Shown here piece after piece: positions 1 to 11,000 of a stretch of DNA of 64,000 nucleotides. The stretch is from Camelus dromedarius (Eukaryota), in assembly GCF_036321535.1 (NCBI RefSeq), contig NC_087437.1:21330001-21394000 (forward strand). The letters are read 5' to 3'. Positions within the stretch are counted from its first letter, which is position 1. Each line of letters begins with the position of its first letter. Below the pieces are notes generated by a model that worked only from the letters and a program-made list of their open reading frames with translations, searched no databases and was not told the origin of the DNA. The translations under genes and the position numbers were made by a program.

Positions 1-279
1 CAGAATACTTCAACTCCCAAAAGGAGGAAGGGGGCTAAATGCCATACTGCCAATGGCCAAGCTACTCACAGAATAGTATCTTTTGAAATCATACAAATAC
101 AGTAAGTTTACGTAATGATGAGCGATGTAGAATACTCAGTGTAGAATGAAATGATGGTAGAAACTCAATGAAGTTAAAAGTTATATGAAGAAAAATATCT
201 CACTACTTAAGAGTCTGGGCACCAAACCCCTTTCTATGCAGCAGCATGTCCCAAACAAAATACTTAAACTTTTACTCAC

Positions 280-327
280 CTTTCTGAAAAATCAGAGTCT
301 ATAAATTCTCTAGCCCGTTTTCTGTCA
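280..327 (-). CDS. TFDP2: TFDP2 48-nt 'E-region' exon (nuclear localisation signal), (G)DRKRAREFIDSDFSE(S)
   Basis: Minus strand reads ttttcttttcag|T GAC AGA AAA CGG GCT AGA GAA TTT ATA GAC TCT GAT TTT TCA GAA AG|gtgagt. Phase 2-2, continuing from the GG at the end of exon 1732-1853. Matches the remembered DP-2 sequence. Confidence 0.95.
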
Positions 328-883
328 CTGAAAAGAAAAAAAGATAACCGTCAAAAGAGCACAAGCATTATTATTTCATGAATAATTTCTTGTAACTTGT
401 CTAATCCTCCACTGAATATATCTAAACACAAAACCAACAAATATAAAAGACAGATACTTAAAATAAAAAGTTGAATTTTATCACTCACTGGACGAAGAAA
501 TCCCAACATAATACTCATAGTCTGAAATGAGCTCAATGAATCTTTAGAAACGAAACTATTGTAGATTTATAGAGGAGGAGGCACAGAAAAGTTTTATTCA
601 GTCTAGACTAAATGGCCATGAAAACACTAGATAATCATACTACCCCCAATATAAAGCACAGCTGGTGATGAAAATACCCAAGCCCTGGTTATCTCCAAAG
701 GGGGCCAGCACTGCTGGCACAGGCTTGGCTTTCACGTAACTCTCTCTCAAGACCAAGCAAAAATCCAAGGTAACCTTTAGATCTCCAAGAGAACGTTGTT
801 AAGGACTGAATAAAGGCCATGGGATTACAGGTGATTCTGTCGCTTCATCTCACTTGATAATGGAAAAATATGTACACACATGT

Positions 884-907
884 ATGTGTGTGTGTGTGTG
901 CGTGTGT
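884..907. repeat. (TG)n microsatellite, imperfect
   Basis: atgtgtgtgtgtgtgtgcgtgtgt seen directly. Confidence 0.9.
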
Positions 908-1731
908 TTCTTAAAGCTCTTTGCTAGGATTGTTATTTCATTCATTTCTCCAATATTCCTGAAGCAACGAGATTCTTACTCGACCAAGCTTTACTGTCTG
1001 CTTGCTAGACCTCACAGCTATAAGTCAGTGGTGGAGCCACCAGTGCGGCATGCCACTCTGGAAGTAACTTCTAAAGTGACCAAATGAAGTCTTGAGTCAT
1101 TTATTTCACTATTTCTTTTTCTTTTACGGAAGGCTGAGATGCTGAAATGATAAAGGAGTGGAGAAAGGATGGGTAAGGGTATTTTACAGGTCAGGATGAA
1201 AGGTAGAGATTTGATACTAAAAGTGGCAAATGAGTAACAAAGAAGGGGTACTGATTTAACACCCCAGTGTTTAAAAAGAATCAATATAAAATTCAATGAA
1301 AGTTTTAAATATGGCTTCTTTTTCCTAGTTCTTTTTCTGATTTTAAAGGAAATAAGAATGCATAGGAGAAATTCTGAGTACGTCTACAACTCAGCATATC
1401 ACTCCTTTCTTATGTTTGTTAAATCAGTATAAAGTGCAGCTTTTATATCTCAAAAGCAGCTAAATGTCATAATCATAAAGAGGTCTTTCAGAGTTGCAGA
1501 AAGTCAGAAGATCCAGTTACAAGTTACTGTTCTATTCTTCTGTTTAAAAATGGTTGCTCCAAAGCTGATTTATATCTAAGATACAAAGTGGAATAAAACA
1601 GGCGATTTTAAAGGAGACACATTAGTTTTCAACAACATAAAACAAGAACAGAAGATAAGACAGTGAGGAAAAAAAGATCAGAACTTTAAAAAAATGTTTT
1701 TAAAAATAGCAGTTTGGAGCAACACTCTTAC

Positions 1732-1853
1732 CCTGGGACCCAGCCAGTGGCTTCTGCTATGTGTGTCTGAGTAACCATCGCTGGTGCAGGGGTATACGGA
1801 CTCCCAATCAGAACACTTCCTGAACTGGTTAGTCTCTGTGGTGTGCTTATAAT
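1732..1853 (-). CDS. TFDP2: TFDP2 122-nt coding exon, IISTPQRLTSSGSVLIGSPYTPAPAMVTQTHIAEATGWVP(G)
   Basis: Acceptor tttgcag at 1854-1860, donor GG|gtaaga at 1726-1731. Lies inside ORF 1728-1919. Peptide matches DP-2. Confidence 0.97.
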
Positions 1854-2289
1854 CTGCAAAGTCAGGACAAAGAAAATAATATTCTTAGTTATTAAGAAAA
1901 GCTTACAGGCAGAAAACAATGCTGAAGGCTAACCTATGTACAAGGAGGAACACTTCCTGTCTAAGAAGCACTTAATATCAATCACCTAAAATGTAAGCGA
2001 TGCCTTTGACTCACTTATGTCATGAGATCTTACAGCACAAGTATCCTGAATACTGCTGTGAAGTTATACTGTAAGTTGCAGCAAGTGAACAGCAATTTGG
2101 AAGGATTAAACTGGCAAGTGACAGTATCTTAAAAATTAGAAAAATGAAAAGCCTTCTTTGAAATTATGAAAACTAATTGCAGTTGAACTTGATTTACTGG
2201 AACTAGGGTAACAGAAAATTAGGTCCTCACAGTCCAGAAATACATGCAAAGACATTATACAATTTGTATTATTATATAGATGCAATTTA

Positions 2290-2560
2290 TCTGTTTTTTT
2301 AAAGCATTTTCTCATGCTATTAAATACTCTTCAAAGATACAAAACATTTCACCATGTAAATTAATTATTCTCTATTATTAGATTTTTATGACTATTCAAT
2401 TATTCAGTATTATAAATAATGCTGTGATAAACATTTTTGTACAATGATCTTGGCCTTAACTTCTATTTCCTAAGGGTAGACTCCAGAAAGGGAATTAATG
2501 GAACTAAGGATATTGACTTTTTAAGAAATTTCTTGAGATGTGTTATCAAATTGCTTTCCA
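2290..2560 (-). mobile_element. Old L1 (L1ME-like) fragment
   Basis: ataaataatgctgtgataaacatttttgtac...caaattgctttcca resembles an antisense L1 ORF2 end/3'UTR. Confidence 0.55.
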
Positions 2561-4613
2561 GGTCTTAGAATATTCATTGGTGAATAGAACACATTTTTTT
2601 CCAAAAATGTTTATGACAACACAAAAAAACAATCTGGCACCATAAGAATATCTTTACAAATATTTTCATCAAAAAAAACCAGTAAGGGCATGCTCCAGGG
2701 AATGGGGGAATTAATGGGGCCAGAGAGGTGCTGCTACATACAAATGCTTCAGAAATCATTTTAGTAAGTTAATTCTATAGTTGAAAAATAGAAAAACAAA
2801 ATACAACAAATAGTGACAGATGTCTGGTTCCCCTAATCTGATTCTCATAATACACCAAGGATTATTAAACAGGGCATTCAGAAGCTTGCCTCATGAAAAA
2901 ACACGAACACTACACAATGTGTTTATGCCGCCTAGCCCTCCACGTGCGCCACCTGCACCCCAACCTCCATTTCAACGCAAGATCTTTCAAGGGTGGACAG
3001 TGTCTGCGGGACCAACCGTAGTGCTAGGAGACGCTCACAGGAAAGGTGCAGTAAACATGACTGCACTGAGACAGAACACCTAGCTTTTAAAGTGATGGGG
3101 GAAAAGTTGCTTCTTTGTTCACTGATATGCTAGAAAGGCTCATATAAAATCCAGTAAGGAAATATGATATAAAGGGCATAGTCCCATCAATTACTGCATC
3201 ACACATTTAAATGTTCTCTATCATGCTGACCCTGAGTGTGGCGGCTTAAGAAGGACACTCTGAGTATCTGATCAGTCTCTGGTCTGCTCTATTCCTAGAA
3301 CAGCAGTCTCCACAAATCAGCTCTAAGCATTCCAACTCACCCCTGAAACAGACTGCATTACCTGTGCAGTATTATTACTAAGGAGTTGTTTTCTTTATCT
3401 GTTATTAGGAGCCTACAAGCTTTGTTTTACCTGATTTAAAGGGCACTGTAGAAAAAAAAAGAAGAAAAAAAGAAGAAAAGGGGAAGGCAAATGGGGCATA
3501 GAGAAAAGCTAGTTATCTTACTGGGAATGACTCTGGAAAATAAATTGTTATATTCTAGTTTGGTTTTTCTTCCTCAATATCAGACTGTCAGCTGGTTTTC
3601 TTTGCTGATCTGGGAGTGACCAGCAACACTCTCTGTTCCTTTCTCTTGGCACAGAGCCTGGTACACAGCAAGCCCTTAATAAACATTTCGTGAATAAACA
3701 AACTGGAGGCATGGTAGACCTGCGTTGGAGCCATAAGTTAGAAGTTCGTAGGAGATGCAATGGGTTCTTAAACGAGGACTGTGACAGTGAGCCTTAAGAA
3801 ACAAACCCAAAGGAAAGTCAACAGAACCTGGTCAACCAACGAACACAGAACAGTTTATACAGGTGATAGATCATACATGCTTTATAAAACTGAACCATTA
3901 TTTTGAAATTCCAAATTAATATAAGATTCAGTTGACCTGATAAAGGAGAATGAACATTCATTTTAAATTTTAGTCTCCCCCACCTCCTCACCAAAAAAAC
4001 CCAAAGACATCCTTAATTTAAATGTAATTATGTGGGTTTTTTGATAACAGATTACAGTTATCCTGTGAAAAATCACACAGCAACTGAACCTCCTCTAAAG
4101 ATTTTCTGCCCTCAATCAAGATCTCTTATGTACTACTGCCATCTACAGTAAGAAAAGCCAAGAGGGCATCTATACTCCAAAGAGAAAGAATCTATATAAA
4201 GTGTTATATTAAAGGGTTTCATGATTTGACAAAGTTTTTGTTTTCACTGTAAGAAATATGCAGTTTTTAACCATGTTAAAATAAAGATAACCATTAGATT
4301 ATCTTACTTACATAAAACCACTTTTTTAAAAAGTACTTTTAAGAAAAGGGCAAGTATCTCAAACTAAAACAGTTACCGCTAAACTACTTCCTACAAACAC
4401 AGAAAATGTATTTCTTGAGACTTTTTGAAATTTCTATCTACCAGTAAGGTTTGGCTTCCAAAGAGACATGTAGAATTTAAAAGGCAAGTAGAGAAAGATA
4501 ACTGGAAGAAACAAACAGGTGAGGTTTTATTTAAGAATTTTACAACAAAATGTTTTTTACAATCACAGATGGCAGATTGAAGGTGAGAGGACAACACTCA
4601 AGAAACAAGCGAG

Positions 4614-4704
4614 GGGGAGGGTATAGCTCAAGTGGTAGAGCGCACGCTTAGCACGCACAAGGTCCTGGGTTCAATCCCCAGCACTTCCTCTAACCCCCCA
4701 AAAT
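4614..4704 (+). mobile_element. Camelid-type tRNA-Ala-derived SINE (Vic-1-like)
   Basis: GGGGAGGGTATAGCTCAAGTGGTAGAGC...GGTTCAATCCCCAG with A and B boxes. Flanked by a 14-bp TSD, AAGAAACAAGCGAG (4600-4613) / AAGAGACAAGCAAG (4705-4718). Confidence 0.85.
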
Positions 4705-6292
4705 AAGAGACAAGCAAGAGGAGAAGAGAGAAATGGCTCTCGCTGGGGTTCTACAATATATTAGGAAATCAAATGATCATAAATTAGGAAATCAAAAAGA
4801 AAACTCTGACCCCTGCCTAGGGACTGAGAACTTCAAAAAGCCCCTCAGAATCAGGGAGACAAATTAAGACCTTGGGCCTGCCTGTTTTACAGAAGGGCCT
4901 CCCATCTCCTCTCCTTCTCCTCATCTTTGCTTTGCTGACTCTGAGGTTTGCAGCAATTGAGTAGGTAATATATGTGACTGCTTCTCAGTGTCAGAACCGA
5001 AGTGCATAAAGACCTACATGTACATGAGTTCAAACTGACAGTGGGAAGACAAGTTATGCTTCCAAAAGAAGAATCAAATTTGAGCCATAGCAGCATCACT
5101 AAAATACGCAGAGGAAACAGTCTCTCAAAACAGAGGAATACTGTAAGGGCCAAACTCATGAAAGTTTGGGTATGTTTGTTTGGTTTCGATGTTTATACAA
5201 TCACATTTCAAAATACAGACTTTCAAGTCAGCTGTGCAATCCCATCTACACCTACCGTAGAGGCTGGTGAGGGGCAAATGTTTAGCAAATGTTTGAAAAT
5301 ATACCCTGAACTACCTTGAAATGGGGATACTCTACCTGAACTGAAGTTTCTAGGAAGCTTGGAGCTAGACTACATTCTTCACATAGTTACAGTATTGTGC
5401 AACACCTTTAGCTTGAATTCTGCAGATGATTAACAGTCCTCAAGGGATAGAGAGAAATGTCATGTCTAGAATGTCTTAAGCTCTTAAAGATTTTCTGAAG
5501 CCATTAAGTATGTTCAAAGAGATTTTTGTCTAAATATAGTCCAGAGTCCCGAACATTACAAAATTTATACTTATTGCTCTATAGATAAGATATAAGCACT
5601 CAGAATGAAGAATTATTGTTCCAACATGTATGTACTTTTGTTAATGGTGGGTGAAGCCATTTAAATTAGTTGTGTTGCTGTTTTGTAGCTGCATGCAACT
5701 TTGTTTAAAAATAAGGCTTTCTTAAAAGTGCTATATATTTCAAACTCTAGTATAATGAATGGGCTATCTTCAGAGAAATAGTTAAATATTTTCCATTTTC
5801 ATCCATTATTTCTACTACTAAAGATTAAAATGAATTGGTGTGTTGCTTCTTCCCAATTGGTGTGTTGCTTCTCTAATTAAAGAGCTTTAAATTAGTAGCT
5901 TCAGATAGATTAACTGTTGGGTCATATTCAATTTATATGAGAGTACACAGTTTAGACCATAAAGATTATTTTACAAGAAAAAGCAAAAAGGAGAACATAA
6001 AACAGATTTCAAATCCATTTAATTAAACAATTGAAAACAAGAGAAGCCTCATATAGGGAGCAAAAACTTTAACACATTCAAATACATGAAAATTAAACAC
6101 TGAGGAACATAATGCCCTTCTTTTTCTCAAGACTAATCAGTTACATGCAGATAAAAACCAAACTTTAAAAAATAAGTGACTGAGATAAGAAATTAACTGG
6201 AATATTTGACCACGCATCTTTAGGACAACTACCCTTTAAATTAGCTTTGCCTAAGCGAAGATTCAAATCCCAAGATTTGATGATTTTCTTAC

Positions 6293-6396
6293 CATTTGGG
6301 GTCCAACATTCACATTTATTGGTCCTAAGGTTTTTGGTAAAATCTTTGTTGGTGAGTTGGTGCTGGAAACTGGAAATGCAACAAATGAAATGTTAC
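6293..6396 (-). CDS. TFDP2: TFDP2 104-nt exon, (G)NISFVAFPVSSTNSPTKILPKTLGPINVNVGPQM; its last codon is the start Met of the short isoforms
   Basis: Acceptor atttcag at 6397-6403, donor ATG|gtaaga at 6287-6292. Phase 1 to phase 0, in frame with the next exon. Peptide matches DP-2. Confidence 0.95.
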
Positions 6397-7239
6397 CTGA
6401 AATGATATCAAAACACTAGGTTAATGTTCTGCGATATCAAGGGCACCTTCTGTCCACCTATCCATCCCTGGTCCTAAGCCTAGCTTTGCTTAAGTAATTT
6501 CCAACTACCTTAATAAGGAAGTTAGAAACAAGAAGCCATACTGAAAAGCCATACTAAGTAACGCTTTGTTGTAGGGAATACAATTAGCTCTGCTGAAGAG
6601 CAAATCTGCAGAATAAATAGTTCGGTCTATCTGACAACTACTGGACTTTCAGCTGGTTTTTTAGAGGAAAAAATATTTAGAGAACACATAATGCAAATCG
6701 TAGTTTATATCAGAGTTGAGACTTCCAGTTAGATCTTTATTAGAAATCATAGAACAAGAAAAAAATGCATGAAGTATAACATGAAATAAGATAAATATCT
6801 ATTAGAATTTCTTTACAGTATAACACAAAATTTTATACTAAAAGTTAACACGTTTTGAAAATGTTGACTTGGTAGTTTTCTGAGGCTTTATTCTAGTAGA
6901 GAAATAAACAAGCCACCTAGTTACTGATGTTGGAAACCGTGGGATCTGTATAGTGTTTTCAAGTGATTTCAACCACTTAAATTTCAAATTAAGGTAACAA
7001 AGTGCTATCCTCCCAAATGAAAAACCAACCAATAATTTTCTAAACTCCCATATCAACTACTTAACTCCTCCCGACAAACTTCAGTTTATCGGTGTTTCTC
7101 TTAGAAGGTAACAGTAGGGATCCAATTTAGCAAAGGAGGTCACACAGGAAATGTGTGCAAGAGGGTCAATATTGAAACTCTGGGGAAAAACCAACACTGA
7201 AGAGCGGGACCAGAAAGACGCCTTCCTCTCAGTCTCCTT

Positions 7240-8460
7240 CCTCAGCTGGCTCCCCACCTTAGCTCTTCCAAAGCTTGTCCACCTCCTTAATGCCCTTCTC
7301 TGATCTCCTAACTCTCAGCAGATGCTCACAACGCCTGCAGCACGGAGCTCAGGCCACCAGGCTAAATTACAGCTTTTCTTCCTCAACCTGTGCCCTGATC
7401 TGTGCTCTCACATACTTTTCCGTATTTCTCTCTGAATAGAAAGTCTCATATAAATTACTTCTTCCATGTCTGCTTTGTACTTCTGGTCTCCTCAAGGGAA
7501 CTCACCCATCAATTATTTATTCTGTCTCCTGAGCTTTCAACTATAGCCTTGGCTCCTTCTTTTCAGTTTCTCTCTCTGCCCCTTTGTCATGTATCATTTC
7601 CCCTCCAATTCCACATTCCAAAAATCAAATTCTTTGTCTTTCTTATGCCCACCCAGCAAGGCCTAGGACCCAAATCTGCTTCTCCTTCAGTCTTAGTACA
7701 GGACTGAACTTGGCGTCACATGTGATTATCACGCACCCAGTGATACAATTCAGAAATAATCAACCCCTCCCCATTCAACTGACCACCGTATCCTACCTGC
7801 TATCTTCTTACCCTGGTTCCTTTATGTGGCCAGCACTTGTTTAATTTGAAACTTTATCAGATCTGGTTTGAATACAGTTACCCTCTAATTCAGAGGTTCA
7901 CAGCCCTGGCTGTGCAATGGAATTATCTGGGAAGCAATCAAAACACCAATGCCTGAGTCTCACCCCCAGAGCTGCTGATACAATAGATTCGGAGTGAACT
8001 GGGCATCAGACAGTTAAAAGTTTTCCAGATGGTTCCAGGGTACAGCCGGATCTGAGCATTACTTCTCCAACTGGATGCCCTACTTCAAACCGCTTTCCTA
8101 GCCACTCCGCGCATCTGTGACAAACCAGTCTTTCTACCAGTGAAACTGTTCTGAAACTGTTCTGAAATATGAAACACTCCCATATTTAAGGTCTTCCAAG
8201 ATGCCACAACATGTCTTCAAGGCCTTTCAGACTCCTCATCGTGGCACCAAAAGCCCGTCTGGAGCTCTCACCCCGGCCCCTCTTCCCCACTGCTCCTCCA
8301 CAGGCACCTTCTGCTCCAATCAGATTAAACACTCTGCAGTTCCAGAAAGACCCCCAATCGACAGCTCCAGCTCTGGTGCACACCCTTCCTCCTGCTGGGA
8401 AGTCTCTCTCTGCTGGGACAGCTCACTGCTGCCTTCCTGCACTCCAAACTGGTATTCCAC
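7240..8460 (+). mobile_element. L2 fragments, interrupted by a MER5-type element
   Basis: Degenerate C/T-rich L2-like ORF2 sequence; an L2 3' end lies nearby at ~8780-8850. Confidence 0.5.
7891..8063. mobile_element. MER5-family hAT-Charlie MITE
   Basis: cagaggttcacagccctggctgtgcaatggaattatctgggaagc...cacccccagag...gggcatcag pattern. Confidence 0.65.
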
Positions 8461-9569
8461 GCCGTTCTCTGAGCGATTACTACATGCCAGGGTCTGCTCC
8501 AGAAGCTTCCCCTATATACATCATCTCACTAACACTTGGGACAACAGTGTGAAATACATGATTACTGACTCCATTTTACACATGAAGAAATGAAGACAGA
8601 GGGAGGTGGAAGAATCTGTACGAGGTCCCGCGGGGAGCAAAGGGCCGCAGCTCCTGCTCTCCGCGCTGCCTCCTCCTTACAAGGCATCTCCAGCCTCAAT
8701 GGTCTAGGTCTTGGATGCCCTTCTTCTGATTTTTCATCAAACCTATTATTACTCTTATTATGACCTACTGTAAGGAGGCTGTGTCTCTCAGCTTTGTATC
8801 CTAGCACCTGGTTTTGGTCCCTGGCACCAAATAGGTGCATGAAACAACAAAAACTGTTTGACTTGCAGAGATTGGAGCTGTTACCTCTCCTAATCCGGAT
8901 ACCACACTTCCTGTAATATGGCCTAAATTGTATCTTTTGTTACTTTTTAACAGGTGTTATAACTTACACTGAGTTTGAAGTAAATTTAAACACCAGGACC
9001 TTTGTTTATTGTTTTTAAAACATGACTGAACAATCAGTATTATCAAATAAAGTTTCCTTACTCTGAGACTGTGAAACTGATTTCTTAAATGCATAACATG
9101 CAAATCTTATCAATTGCCAAAGATTAAAAATTAAGGTTGTTGTCAAAACTCCCCAACTATGGTTATTCACCTGTTAAAGAATCTACTTATCTGGAGAATA
9201 CGAATCTGTGATTCTAGAGGGAGGCACAGCTATGGAATGATAGACACATGCCATAAGCTCGGTCCAGGCTGGAGAAGGACCAGCCACTGATTCATGAGAG
9301 GAAGGACCCAGCCCTGAGAAAGTCTGGCTCAGATGGTTTTTCAAAATGACTGTAATGAGGCTGAATGTTTAAGATCATCTCTGATACCCTGTTTTGGAAG
9401 CAAAAGTTGAAAGCTTGAGAACAGTGAAATAAGAAACACACAAAATAAGGTATTTAAGGTTAGGGAACAGACTGACCCTAATTGTAAACCTAACAGTAAA
9501 GGCAAATGAAGAATATAAAACTAGGTCAAAAACAAAAAGGAAGACATCATTAGAGCCAGATCTGTCATG

Positions 9570-11000
9570 CCAGTTAATATCAGAGAACTGAGAGGGAACT
9601 TAATAAATCTGACAAATTGATTCAAAAGTGTATCTGGAAGAGTAAAGACAGAGAACAGCCAAGAAAATTTGAAAAAAAGGAACAATGAGGAAGAGAGAAA
9701 CTTTAGCCTCCCAGATTTCATAATTATTACATAGCTAAAGGGATTGAGGCCATGTGACAGCTAAGAAGCAGATAAAGAAATTGACAAAACAGACATCAGA
9801 GTCCAGAAATTATTTCATTTATATATGAAAATTTTATATACAGTAAAAGTATCATTTCAAACCAATGGGGAAAGGGTAGATTACTTAAGAAATGTTGTTG
9901 AGACAAGAAATTGTCCGTTTGGATAAAAGAAATCTTAGATTTCAATTTCTCATCTTGCAAACAATAAATCCCAGACAGATCAAATATCTAAATATAAAAA
10001 TTAAACCCTAAAAGTATTAGAAAACATAGTAGTTTTTTTTTAAATCTGGGGATGAGGAAGGATCTTCTAAGTACATTACAGAATTTAGAAATCTTCAGTG
10101 AAAACAGATTTGACTACCTAAATATAAATATTTTCTAAATGGCAAAAGACCCAATATACTTAAGACAAATCACAGACTTGGTAAAAGAAATTTACACAGA
10201 AACGGTGATGAATTTCAATAATAAAAAATTAATACTCTAAAAAAAAGAAACGTTTCAATGGACCAGACTGATAAAAGATGAAGAAGTTTGATAATGTCCT
10301 GAGTTAGTAAAGAAGTGGCAAAATGGATTCATTTAAAAAATATTTACTTGGCACCTACTGATTGTCAAGTACAAATGCTAAGCCCAACAGACACTCAGGA
10401 CAAGTGAACTGTCCACTGCACTCAAGCTAATACATCCACGGGAGAGCCTTTTTGGAGGGCAGTCCTACAGTGTAATTGAGGGGCTTAGGGACTCTGTGTT
10501 AGAGTATAAAATTTTAAATAAGTGCTTTAAAAAGAATGATACACATGTTAAAGTTTCTTTCCATCTCAACAAATATTCTTTCAACTGCCCTCTGTCACCT
10601 AAGTGGCAAATGACCCCTGGCCCTGCAGAAACGCCACAATTAATAACGTGCCTTCCCCCGATCAGCAGGTCCTCTGCTATGTATCGCAGGTCCGCTATGT
10701 AGCCTAATAAACTAAGCAGATAAGAACAGTTCCACATGTCCAAGGACTGCAGTACTGTGGATAAAAGCAAAGACCTGGAAACAATTTAAATGTTTAAACA
10801 TCTTTGGTACATGTGTATGACGGAATATTATGAAGTGCCTTAAAAAAATACAAGTATATATTGCCATGGAAAAAATGTTCCTATCACAAGACAGTAGGAT
10901 TACCATTTACCTTAAAAACTACGTACACACGAGTTTACATGTGCACAAAAAGTCTGGCAAGATAAACATCAAATTTAATAGAGGTTAGTTCTGGGTGAGT
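9570..11000 (+). mobile_element. Old L1 (L1ME-like) ORF2 and 3' fragments
   Basis: ctgacaaattgattcaaaag...cccagatttc...cagagtccagaaat...accaatggggaaagggtagatt is degenerate L1 ORF2; other short repeats are interspersed. Confidence 0.65.

Noticed and set aside
1854..1919. N-terminal part of ORF 1728-1919 (MFSACKLF...VLTLQ)
   Set aside because: Intronic read-through upstream of the acceptor at 1854; only 1732-1853 matches DP-2.
4614..4690. tRNA-Ala(AGC)-like sequence (also at 31564 and 51121)
   Set aside because: The anticodon and acceptor stems are mispaired. A-rich tails, and TSDs on two of the three copies, mark these as SINEs rather than tRNA genes.
8141..8167. Short tandem repeats (TGAAACTGTTC x2.5; also ATTGGTTTAAT-like x3 at ~47106-47140)
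   Set aside because: Simple slippage duplications with no spacer structure; not CRISPR-like and no sign of function.
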